37,781 nt of DNA from a virus. Shown here in pieces: positions 9,819 to 17,068 of the stretch. A program made the translations under genes and the position numbers. Below the pieces are notes generated by a model. That model was not told the DNA's origin and made no database searches. It saw only the letters and a program-made list of their open reading frames with translations. The stretch is taken from the UHGV virus genome UHGV-0171953; one strand, 5' to 3'. The stretch's first letter is position 1; every line of letters begins with the position of its first letter.

Positions 9819-9893
9819 TGGTGAGGATTAAAGGTTTCGAACCTTCTATCTGCTAAATGAAAGTTAGCTATTTTACCATTAAACTATATCCTC
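9819..9893 (-). tRNA. tRNA-like gene, anticodon TTC (Glu), atypical
   Basis: Cloverleaf: GAGGATA/AATCCTC acceptor (one mismatch), GTTT/AAAT D-stem with TGG loop, GCTAA-CTTTCAT-TTAGC anticodon arm, GAAGG-TTCGAAA-CCTTT T-arm, encoded ACCA end. Confidence 0.75.
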
Positions 9894-9982
9894 ATTTTAA
9901 GGCTAGATGTTGGGATTAATCTAGCCTTATAGCAATAGGTATTATGTGGTTTATGGAAGTACTACAAATACTCCATGCTATT

Positions 9983-10071
9983 ATTATACTTTATAACTTA
10001 TGTACAAATCGTATATAAATCGTACACGAATCGTACACAAATCGTACATAATTCGTGTACGATTCGTGTAC
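9983..10071 (-). promoter_or_regulatory. Putative late promoter with 11-bp activator-binding repeats
   Basis: TATAAT at 9983-9988 with no clear -35; four RAATCGTAYAY direct repeats (10006-10049) followed by inverted copies (to 10071), directly downstream of the late activator gene. Confidence 0.7.
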
Positions 10072-10103
10072 AAACTATATATAATTTATGTATCTAAGGT
10101 GTG

Positions 10104-10541
10104 TTATAATAGTCCTTTTATCTTATCAATTATTTCAACTCTCATTTGTTTACACTTAGATTCCGACATAGACATCATCTTACTTATGTAAGTCCATCCT
10201 ACATTTTTATTACTGAAATATCTTCTATTAACAAGATCTAGTTCTTCATCATTTAATATTGTTAATGCATTTTCTATCTTCTTTATTTCAATCTCCTTAT
10301 CTTTCATAACTTTATATTTTTCACGAATTACCTTATCTTTTTGTATTACTTCTTTTTCTGTTGGTTTAGATATAGAGTTTGTTTTCCCTGTTCTTTCTTC
10401 AAAGCCTATTGATACTAATCCGTTATATTCGTAATTCATTTCTATCTTTTCTATATCTAGTTTTAAACAATTCATTTCTGCTTTTGTTAAATTATATTTA
10501 AATAACTTTCCTTCTGCTTCTTTAAACTTGTCATTACTCAT
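10104..10541 (-). CDS. Late transcriptional activator, RinA/ArpU-like
   Basis: C-terminal sigma-70 region 4-like HTH (IENALTILNDEE...RYF...W..IS..MSMSES); last early gene before the packaging module. Confidence 0.75.
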   Translation of the reverse strand: MSNDKFKEAEGKLFKYNLTKAEMNCLKLDIEKIEMNYEYNGLVSIGFEERTGKTNSISKPTEKEVIQKDKVIREKYKVMKDKEIEIKKIENALTILNDEELDLVNRRYFSNKNVGWTYISKMMSMSESKCKQMRVEIIDKIKGLL

Positions 10542-10557
10542 TTATTTATTCTCCACC

Positions 10558-10914
10558 TTAACTAGCTATGTATTTTAAAATCTCTTCTTTAGCTTCTTCA
10601 AATCCAAAGCATACAATTGCTTTATATCCTTGTCCGTTTAGATTTTTTAACCATTTGTCCTGATTTTCAGTAGTTCCGTTCTTACCAAACTTCATTTCGA
10701 TAAATAATCCATGATATTTTCCATTTGGCTTTGGCAAAAATAAATCTGGTACTCCAGCCTTTACTCCTTGTTTTTTTAAGTTTATAGCTTCTAATCTATT
10801 TCTACTGCCTCCATTAGGTACATGAAAAATCATTCCTAACTCTGGATATTTAAACTTTTGTAATTCGCACCATTGAATTAATAGAATCTGTTCACTAGCT
10901 TCACTTCTTTTCAT
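10558..10914 (-). CDS. VRR-NUC domain nuclease
   Basis: FHVPNGG, GVKAGVPDL, FIEMK and Q..W motifs. Confidence 0.9.
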   Translation of the reverse strand: MKRSEASEQILLIQWCELQKFKYPELGMIFHVPNGGSRNRLEAINLKKQGVKAGVPDLFLPKPNGKYHGLFIEMKFGKNGTTENQDKWLKNLNGQGYKAIVCFGFEEAKEEILKYIAS

Positions 10915-11083
10915 TTTTATTACTTCCTTCTCTATGTATTACAATTAATTCTTCTCTATGATTACATATAGGACATATGCAATTTTGATTCTTCTTTTCT
11001 ACCTTAAAATATGTATTACATTCTCTGCATTCTATATAAACTTTTCCATTAATAGATTTAACTTGTAATGGTTTTAAGTTCAT
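10901..11083 (-). CDS. Small zinc-ribbon protein
   Basis: CxxC...CPxC; RBS present. Confidence 0.6.
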   Translation of the reverse strand: MNLKPLQVKSINGKVYIECRECNTYFKVEKKNQNCICPICNHREELIVIHREGSNKNEKK

Positions 11084-11166
11084 TTTTGATTCACCTTCTC
11101 TAAAAGAATTTTATATCTACTGGGTAATATATTATTTTAATTACTCTTCATTTTTATTTAAATGCT

Positions 11167-11412
11167 TTATATTGTTAATTCTTCTAAGTTTTCTATTATG
11201 TAATCTTTTATTAAACGTTCATCAATTATAGTCATTCTTGGTATATATATACTTAATTTTTTAAACATACATAAATCAAATTTAACCACTAATCCTTTTT
11301 TATCTTTAGTTGTTTCTATATCATTTTCGTAACAACGATTATAGTCTAACTTTACTTCTAATATATCTATTATGTTGTAAAGTTTTTTTCTTTTTTCATT
11401 ACTTATTTTCAT
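11167..11412 (-). CDS. Hypothetical phage protein
   Basis: AGGAGG RBS; in early operon. Confidence 0.6.
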   Translation of the reverse strand: MKISNEKRKKLYNIIDILEVKLDYNRCYENDIETTKDKKGLVVKFDLCMFKKLSIYIPRMTIIDERLIKDYIIENLEELTI

Positions 11413-11450
11413 TACTATAACCTCCTATAAGTTCATTAAATGAATCTATA

Positions 11451-11618
11451 CTATAAAACATCAATTATTGCACCTTTCAATTCTTTAATTGTTGATTTTA
11501 ATTTTTTAATTTTATGATGTTCTTCTTTACAGCATTTTTTATCCCAATTTTGTTGATTATGTATATCTCTAATTTCTAATAATTTATATAAAAAATCTAA
11601 TTCCTCTAAGTCAAACAT
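11451..11618 (-). CDS. Hypothetical 55-aa protein (not in ORF track)
   Basis: GAGG RBS; MFDLEELDFLYKLLEIR...GAIIDVL; fills an operon gap. Confidence 0.55.
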   Translation of the reverse strand: MFDLEELDFLYKLLEIRDIHNQQNWDKKCCKEEHHKIKKLKSTIKELKGAIIDVL

Positions 11619-11639
11619 ATTAATCGCCTCATAAATGAA

Positions 11640-11870
11640 TTATTTTATCTCTTCAAACTCTAACTCTAAAACAACTATTTCAATTTCTATCCATTGTTTC
11701 AAATCTTCACTTAATAGTTCTATAGGACTTGAAATTTCTTCTTCGTCATTATCATCCCAATACCATACACTATCCTTTGGAACTATAAACCCATCTTCCT
11801 CAATTATAAATCCATCCCCATCAACTAAATTCAATCTAAATTCCTTTTTAGCTTTGTATACTCTTTCCAT
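11640..11870 (-). CDS. Hypothetical acidic phage protein
   Basis: GGAGG RBS; in early operon. Confidence 0.6.
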   Translation of the reverse strand: MERVYKAKKEFRLNLVDGDGFIIEEDGFIVPKDSVWYWDDNDEEEISSPIELLSEDLKQWIEIEIVVLELEFEEIK

Positions 11871-11917
11871 ACTTAACCTCCAATAAAAATTATATTTTAT
11901 TACTTAAAAGAATTATT

Positions 11918-12187
11918 TTATCTAGTAAGCCCTAAATAAGTATCTGTCCTATACGGCTTTATTGATAATATACAATACCCTTTTTCTAATCCATAATTTC
12001 CACCATCTAATTTATACATTATTTCAAATAAACAATCTCTACCTGTATAATCATTATCAAACTCATTTAGTCTAATTAAATCTCCTACCTTAAAATGTCT
12101 ATCATCTTTTCTTATTTCAAATCTCTTTTCTCCACTTGTAACTTTCTCATAAAATTTCGGTAATATTTTTAATTCATGTAATTTCAT
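11918..12187 (-). CDS. ASCH/PUA-like (DUF3850-type) protein
   Basis: HELKILP...GEKRFEIRKDDR.FKVGD...YTGR signature. Confidence 0.85.
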   Translation of the reverse strand: MKLHELKILPKFYEKVTSGEKRFEIRKDDRHFKVGDLIRLNEFDNDYTGRDCLFEIMYKLDGGNYGLEKGYCILSIKPYRTDTYLGLTR

Positions 12188-12210
12188 ATCTAATCTCCTT
12201 TAGATAATTT

Positions 12211-12462
12211 TTATAATTTTTCTAATTCTAGTTTTAACTCTTCTAACTCAGCTCTCAAAACATCTAATACTTTATTTTTTAACTTAGTGTTTAACTTAAA
12301 TGAACTTTCTTCAAAATATCCATATGCACTACTTTTAAGTATGTATCTAGTCTTTTCTTTTATTATTTTTCTACTCCCCCTCTTATCAGCTATATATGCT
12401 AATATTTCTATGCCTCCATATAAAAAAGCAAAATAAATTAAAAATATATATAAATCTTTCAT
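12211..12462 (-). CDS. Hypothetical protein with N-terminal TM helix
   Basis: ORF in operon; hydrophobic N-terminus. Confidence 0.5.
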   Translation of the reverse strand: MKDLYIFLIYFAFLYGGIEILAYIADKRGSRKIIKEKTRYILKSSAYGYFEESSFKLNTKLKNKVLDVLRAELEELKLELEKL

Positions 12463-12468
12463 TTTTTT

Positions 12469-12921
12469 CTATCCTAACAACTGTGCTATATCATAAACTT
12501 TTCTACCAGAAACGCTTAAATTAACTGGTGTTAAATCAAATGAATACATAAAGTTTTTCTTATCTAATTTACATATACATAGTGCCTTTAATTGTTGTTT
12601 TGCTATAATACTTACATTTACTTTAGACTGTAAATCTTTATTTATCTTTTCTAATTTTTCATTTTTTCTATTAGCTTCTTCAAGCTTACTTTTTAGCTCC
12701 TGTATTTCTTTTTCTATATGAAATTTTGATGCTAGTTCAGTTTCTAATTCAAAATTTAGCATCTCTTTTGCATTTTTTAATTCTAAAATCATATAATCTT
12801 TAGTTTTTAAAGCATGTCTGCATTGCTCTTCTTTATGTTTTAATTGTTGCTTATGTTTTTCTTCTTTTTCCTTTAAAATAGTTTCGTGTCTATATTTACT
12901 TACAACAAACACCTCAATCAC
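12469..12921 (-). CDS. Coiled-coil hypothetical protein
   Basis: 150-aa ORF, heptad-rich; start uncertain. Confidence 0.6.
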   Translation of the reverse strand: MIEVFVVSKYRHETILKEKEEKHKQQLKHKEEQCRHALKTKDYMILELKNAKEMLNFELETELASKFHIEKEIQELKSKLEEANRKNEKLEKINKDLQSKVNVSIIAKQQLKALCICKLDKKNFMYSFDLTPVNLSVSGRKVYDIAQLLG

Positions 12922-12924
12922 CCC

Positions 12925-13080
12925 TTATTTAAAATTAAGTTTCAATGTTTCTTTTGTTTCTCTATGTACAAATGTAAAACTGTTATGGTCCTGTCTTTCT
13001 AATAAATATTGCATAAAATCAAATCCATTACTTGCTAATATGTTCTTTTGTCTTCTTGTTAATTTCTTTAGCTTCTTCAT
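12925..13080 (-). CDS. Small basic phage protein, 51 aa (not in ORF track)
   Basis: MKKLKKLTRRQKNILASNGF...FVHRETKE; RBS upstream; fills an operon gap. Confidence 0.65.
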   Translation of the reverse strand: MKKLKKLTRRQKNILASNGFDFMQYLLERQDHNSFTFVHRETKETLKLNFK

Positions 13081-13102
13081 GATCCCCATCTCTCCTATAA
13101 CT

Positions 13103-13426
13103 TTATTGCAACATTGTTAGTGCCATATCCATGCCTATAATTACTCCATCTTGTATTAGGGTTCTTTTCCCATTCAAATTCTTTTTCTTTAAATTGTAGA
13201 GTAACTCTATTTCTTTTATGTTAGTTTCGTATTTTTTACATTTTTCACAAGAACAAGAATCATTTATTTGCTTATTAATATCATCAAATCTTCTTCCTGC
13301 TTCTTCCCATATTCCATCAAACTCATAATCCTTTTTATCTATAATCTCTTGTATATCTAAATTCTGTTCTTCACATATCTCATTAACGATTTCTATTAGT
13401 TTTATTGCACTTTCTTTTATACTCAT
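13103..13426 (-). CDS. Hypothetical phage protein
   Basis: ORF in early operon. Confidence 0.6.
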   Translation of the reverse strand: MSIKESAIKLIEIVNEICEEQNLDIQEIIDKKDYEFDGIWEEAGRRFDDINKQINDSCSCEKCKKYETNIKEIELLYNLKKKNLNGKRTLIQDGVIIGMDMALTMLQ

Positions 13427-13434
13427 ACTCTCAC

Positions 13435-13815
13435 CTATATTAAATTCAATTTTGGTCTTAATACTTCAAATACTATGTTGGTTTTATTTTTAATAATTGA
13501 ACATGCACGATATTTTTTTAAGTTCTTATATAAAAAATCCTGACTAACTCCTGTCGTCTCAGCAGCACTTTTTATAGTAGTAAACTTTAATTTTTCATCA
13601 TTCATTTTTACTAATATTTCTCTAGATATTTCTTTTTCAACCATATCCAATAAGTGATTTTCAAATTCTAAATAATGTTCATCACTTTTAAATTTCATTA
13701 ATCCTTTAGCATTTAACTTAGCATATTCTTCTAATTCTTCGCCCCATAACATCCCTTCTTCCAATAGATCCTTAGCTATCTTTGATGCTATTGCTTTTTC
13801 ATTCTTAGTTAACAT
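13435..13815 (-). CDS. Hypothetical protein with possible C-terminal HTH (NUMOD1-like)
   Basis: FTTIKSAAETTGVSQDFLYKNL. Confidence 0.55.
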   Translation of the reverse strand: MLTKNEKAIASKIAKDLLEEGMLWGEELEEYAKLNAKGLMKFKSDEHYLEFENHLLDMVEKEISREILVKMNDEKLKFTTIKSAAETTGVSQDFLYKNLKKYRACSIIKNKTNIVFEVLRPKLNLI

Positions 13816-13841
13816 ATCCCACTCTCCTACTCAAAGAAGTG

Positions 13842-14096
13842 TTAGTCCTCCTTTATTTTTTTATTTATTACTTTGTAAACTAATCCAACAGAGCAATCAA
13901 ATAGTTCAGCTATCTCTTTATATGTTTTTCCTTGAAATCTATAAAACTTCATAGTTTCTATTTCATGCTCTTTAAGCTTTTGTTTTCTTCCCACTTTTCC
14001 TTTTTCTTTATTTAACTGTCTTTTTAGTTTTTCATTCTCATATTCTAATTCTTTAATCCTAAGTTGTAGCTTTTCAACTATATCCATTTTCAACAC
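13842..14096 (-). CDS. Coiled-coil plus HTH DNA-binding protein
   Basis: GRKQKL...GKTYKEIAELFDCSVGLVYKVI (Hin-type HTH). Confidence 0.75.
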   Translation of the reverse strand: MLKMDIVEKLQLRIKELEYENEKLKRQLNKEKGKVGRKQKLKEHEIETMKFYRFQGKTYKEIAELFDCSVGLVYKVINKKIKED

Positions 14097-14102
14097 CTTA
14101 TT

Positions 14103-14183
14103 TTCATAAACTAATACTTAATTTATGAATGAAATTAATTTAGTTAACTTATCAATATTCATAAATAAGATTTAGTTTATGAA
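14103..14183. promoter_or_regulatory. Two TTCATAAA-N10/11-TTTATGAA inverted repeats, putative operators
   Basis: At about 14103-14129 and 14158-14183, directly upstream of the HTH gene. Confidence 0.5.
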
Positions 14184-14184
14184 C

Positions 14185-14376
14185 TTATTTATTTTCTTTA
14201 AAATATCTCTTAGCTTTTTCTTCATCTAAAAGAAAAACACAGTTAGAGTACCCTTTTAGTAAAGTTCTAGTGGAGCAAGCTTCTTTATCACAAATATTTT
14301 TATGAGTACATACTTTTCCATCTACAGCAAATAAACAATTTGTATTTTTATATTTTGCTATTACCACATCTACCAC
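14185..14376 (-). CDS. Small Cys-rich hypothetical protein
   Basis: ORF coupled to the upstream Rep-like gene. Confidence 0.55.
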   Translation of the reverse strand: MVDVVIAKYKNTNCLFAVDGKVCTHKNICDKEACSTRTLLKGYSNCVFLLDEEKAKRYFKENK

Positions 14377-14377
14377 C

Positions 14378-15247
14378 TCATTCTTTATACTTTCTCATTC
14401 TTGCATATATGTAAGGCTTTCCATTATGTTCATTTAAATAAATCTCATGGTCTATAAATACATATCCTGGATTCGCCTTTTCCATTTCTTCTTTTACTAA
14501 ATCTCTAAATCTAACCATATTATTTATTTTCTTCTTACTAAACTTTGAGTGATTTCTAGTTATACGTGGATCTTTTAGATTTTTGCTACTACACCATCTC
14601 TTTTTTCCTTTAGGGTCTTTACACAAATAAGTTGCAACTCCAGTTAACCAAAGTTCATCTGTATCTAACCTACGTATATTATTTCTTCTTCCAAGCTTCC
14701 ATGAGCCTTCTACATCTTCCATAGATAGTATTGAGTTCATTATTACATGGTGATGGCATCTAACCCCTTTAGGACCTTCTGAATGCTCTGTAACATATAT
14801 GTATTTAAGTTCCACGTCCAACTCTTTTTTCTTAATTAATCTTTTCAATCTTCTTATAAAATTTTGCATATCTTTTTTAGCTTCTACATGATCCTTTGGT
14901 AAGTTCTCATTTGAATATGTAAATGTTATAAAAAAATCTCCATTTTTAAAGTTAGTATTAATTTTTCTTATGAAATTCTTTTGTGCATTTTTATTATTAA
15001 GATTTTTTTGAGTTTGTTTATTTTTTTCTGTTTTCCATTCCTTTGGCATTTCAGATTTAAGATACATAGGATATGTTTCAACTTCTCTAATTAATCCACT
15101 GTCTATAGTCTTTGTTACATAAGAGCATTTTGTTCTAACATCTATAATTTGATTTATTTCATCTTCATCGATATCAGATTCTAAAACTCTTGTATGTAGT
15201 CTTTCATAATCACACTCTATAAATTTCTTTCTTTGTTTTTCCTTCAT
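14378..15247 (-). CDS. HUH-endonuclease Rep-like (rolling-circle initiator-type) protein
   Basis: Motif I FFITFTY, motif II HHHVIM, motif III YLCK in the canonical order. Confidence 0.8.
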   Translation of the reverse strand: MKEKQRKKFIECDYERLHTRVLESDIDEDEINQIIDVRTKCSYVTKTIDSGLIREVETYPMYLKSEMPKEWKTEKNKQTQKNLNNKNAQKNFIRKINTNFKNGDFFITFTYSNENLPKDHVEAKKDMQNFIRRLKRLIKKKELDVELKYIYVTEHSEGPKGVRCHHHVIMNSILSMEDVEGSWKLGRRNNIRRLDTDELWLTGVATYLCKDPKGKKRWCSSKNLKDPRITRNHSKFSKKKINNMVRFRDLVKEEMEKANPGYVFIDHEIYLNEHNGKPYIYARMRKYKE

Positions 15248-15356
15248 GCTATTTCACCTATTGCTTTTACTTTTGTATTTAATAAATAATAAATATGGTT
15301 GATTTGTTAATACTTATTACAAGGTTTATAAAGAGTCATACTCTTTTGTAAATTTC

Positions 15357-15387
15357 CAGTCTGTATAAGTTTGATTTATACAGACTG
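15357..15387 (-). terminator. Hairpin after the first early gene
   Basis: CAGTCTGTATAA-N7-TTATACAGACTG perfect 12-bp stem. Confidence 0.55.
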
Positions 15388-15537
15388 CTTATATTTTTTT
15401 AACCTTTCATTATTTGGAGATAGATTTGCTTTATATTTGGTATCTAATATAGCTTCTACATATCCAAAATCACGTTGGTTTTTATTAAATAAGAATTCTA
15501 ATTTTTTTCCTAGTTTATTTATATCTTCTTTATCCAT
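15376..15537 (-). CDS. 53-aa peptide, first gene of the lytic operon (not in ORF track); candidate antirepressor
   Basis: GAGGTG RBS; MDKEDINKLGKKLEFLFNKNQRDFGYVEAILDTKYK...; similar to the 16031-16147 peptide. Confidence 0.7.
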   Translation of the reverse strand: MDKEDINKLGKKLEFLFNKNQRDFGYVEAILDTKYKANLSPNNERLKKYKQSV

Positions 15538-15570
15538 AAAATCACCTCACAAATGATCTGATTTTATTTT

Positions 15571-15666
15571 ATTCCACTTTGTGGAATTTGTAAATACCTT
15601 TTGTGGAATTTTATATTTTTTTGTGGAACTAAAGGTATTGTTTTGTGGAATTTTTTGTAATATAAT
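15571..15666. promoter_or_regulatory. Lysis/lysogeny switch region with repeated TTTGTGGAA operators
   Basis: GTGGAA at 15581, 15603, 15623 and 15645 (20-22 bp spacing); the first is within palindrome ATTCCAC-TTT-GTGGAAT; TATAAT at 15661; divergent genes. Confidence 0.7.
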
Positions 15667-15685
15667 TACACATGAGGTGTTATTT

Positions 15686-16030
15686 ATGAAGAATAGAATA
15701 AAAGAATTGAGAAGGTCTAAAAAGCTTACTCAAGAGGAGTTTGCAGATAAGATTTTCTTAAAAAAATCTGCAATATCTGCATATGAAAATGGAACAAGAG
15801 AAGTTCCTGATAGAGTTATAAATAATATTTGCTCTGCTTTCAATGTCAATAAAAATTGGTTAGTTAATGGTACTGGCGATATGATGGTTGATTTAACAGA
15901 TGATACTAATTTTGATGAAGAAGTAAAGATGTTACTTAGAAAAATACAAACCCTTGATGATAAAGATAAGCAAGCTATTGAACATCTTATTAATACTCTA
16001 TATGAAAAAAATCTTAAAAAAGAAGATTAA
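15686..16030 (+). CDS. XRE-family HTH repressor (CI-like, no peptidase domain)
   Basis: MKNRIKELRRSKKLTQEEFADKI...ISAYENG; likely start ATG 15686 after GAGGTG; 114 aa. Confidence 0.9.
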   Translation: MKNRIKELRRSKKLTQEEFADKIFLKKSAISAYENGTREVPDRVINNICSAFNVNKNWLVNGTGDMMVDLTDDTNFDEEVKMLLRKIQTLDDKDKQAIEHLINTLYEKNLKKED

Positions 16031-16045
16031 TTAATCTTCTTTTTT
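16016..16045. terminator. Perfect 30-bp palindrome between convergent genes, probable bidirectional terminator
   Basis: AAAAAAGAAGATTAA|TTAATCTTCTTTTTT contains both stop codons. Confidence 0.6.
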
Positions 16046-16147
16046 TTGTGCATCTACATATCCTAAAATATAATAAAATTCATTTTCTGAGGTTGTAAAT
16101 ATTAGCTGTAGCTTTTCTCCTAATTCCACTATTTCATCTTTATTCAT
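16031..16147 (-). CDS. 38-aa peptide downstream of the lexA-like gene (not in ORF track); candidate antirepressor
   Basis: AGGAG RBS; MNKDEIVELGEKLQLIFTTSENEFYYILGYVDAQKKED. Confidence 0.65.
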   Translation of the reverse strand: MNKDEIVELGEKLQLIFTTSENEFYYILGYVDAQKKED

Positions 16148-16173
16148 TTTAATATACGCTCCTGAAATTAATA

Positions 16174-16800
16174 CTATTTTATAACTCTCATATTACCTTT
16201 AATTTCACCTATTATCTTTACATCTTCTAAATCTAGTACTAAAGGTTTATAAAAATTATTTTCAGGTCTCAGCTCAATTTTATTTTCTAAATTATAATAT
16301 CTAGCAAGTATCGTTTCATTTCCTTTTATTGCTGCTAAAACTATTTTTCCATCTTCAATTTCACTTGATTTATCAATAATTACTAAATCATCTTTTAATA
16401 CTCCAATCTCAATCAAATTATCATCTTTAACTTTAAAAATAAAATTATCTCTACCTAAAATAAGATTTGCTGGTAATTTTATAACTTCTATTGTAATTTC
16501 TTCTAATTCTGGGGTGAAAATTATATCTATTACAGGTAGTTCGATGATCTCTTGATTCAATCCAAGTATGTTTTCATTTATATTTTCATTCTCTATAATT
16601 TCTATAGCTCTAGGTTTTGAAGGATCTCTTTTTATGTATCCTAACTTTTCAAGTTTATTCATATGGAAATGTACAGTTGATGTAGATCTTATATCTGCAA
16701 GAGCACATATTTCTCTAACTGATGGAGGATATCCAAATTCTTTGATTTTCCATCTTATTGATTTTAATATCTTATTTTGATTTTCACTTAAATTTATCAT
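16174..16800 (-). CDS. lexA: LexA-like repressor with degenerate S24 peptidase domain
   Basis: N-terminal GYPPSVREIC...STSTVHFH...GYIKRDPSKPRAIEI matches Firmicutes LexA; the AG cleavage site, catalytic Ser (GDSM) and Lys (TxKR) are not recognisable. Confidence 0.85.
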   Translation of the reverse strand: MINLSENQNKILKSIRWKIKEFGYPPSVREICALADIRSTSTVHFHMNKLEKLGYIKRDPSKPRAIEIIENENINENILGLNQEIIELPVIDIIFTPELEEITIEVIKLPANLILGRDNFIFKVKDDNLIEIGVLKDDLVIIDKSSEIEDGKIVLAAIKGNETILARYYNLENKIELRPENNFYKPLVLDLEDVKIIGEIKGNMRVIK

Positions 16801-16855
16801 TTTTAAATTTCATCTCCTAAACATGTTGAAAATGCTAATGTTCGATTTTTTATCA

Positions 16856-16923
16856 GAACATATGTTCCGTATGATTACAGGAAAATATTAACATAAATTT
16901 AACATTTTGTCAAACATACGTTC
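16856..16923 (-). promoter_or_regulatory. Sigma-A promoter with two SOS (GAAC-N4-GTTC) boxes
   Basis: TTGACA (16913-16908), 17 bp, TAATAT (16890-16885); boxes GAACATATGTTC (16856-16867, perfect) and AAACATACGTTC (16912-16923, overlapping the -35). Confidence 0.85.
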
Positions 16924-17068
16924 TGTTTTCAACTAAAAAAACTATATATTTTCTCTAGTCATAGTTTTTACAATATTATTAAATAGTAAAAATTGTTTTA
17001 CCGATTATGAAATAAATAATATAATAATTTCGTAGGAAAAAATGGAAAAATAAAAAGAGGGTGATAAA

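Noticed and set aside
9852..9868. tRNA as an opal (UCA) suppressor for the neighbouring HNH TGA
   Set aside because: The loop is CUUUCAU; the canonical register gives UUC, and UCA falls at positions 35-37. The idea is tempting but the fold does not support it.
10000..10191. 60-aa-class plus-strand ORF
   Set aside because: It arises from the 11-bp repeat array and overlaps the activator gene antisense.
15581..15685. N-terminal extension of the repressor from GTG 15581
   Set aside because: It runs through the operator repeats; the RBS and HTH start support ATG 15686.
16016..16045. Protelomerase target (linear N15-like plasmid prophage)
   Set aside because: No protelomerase gene is present, and the palindrome is explained by the convergent gene ends.
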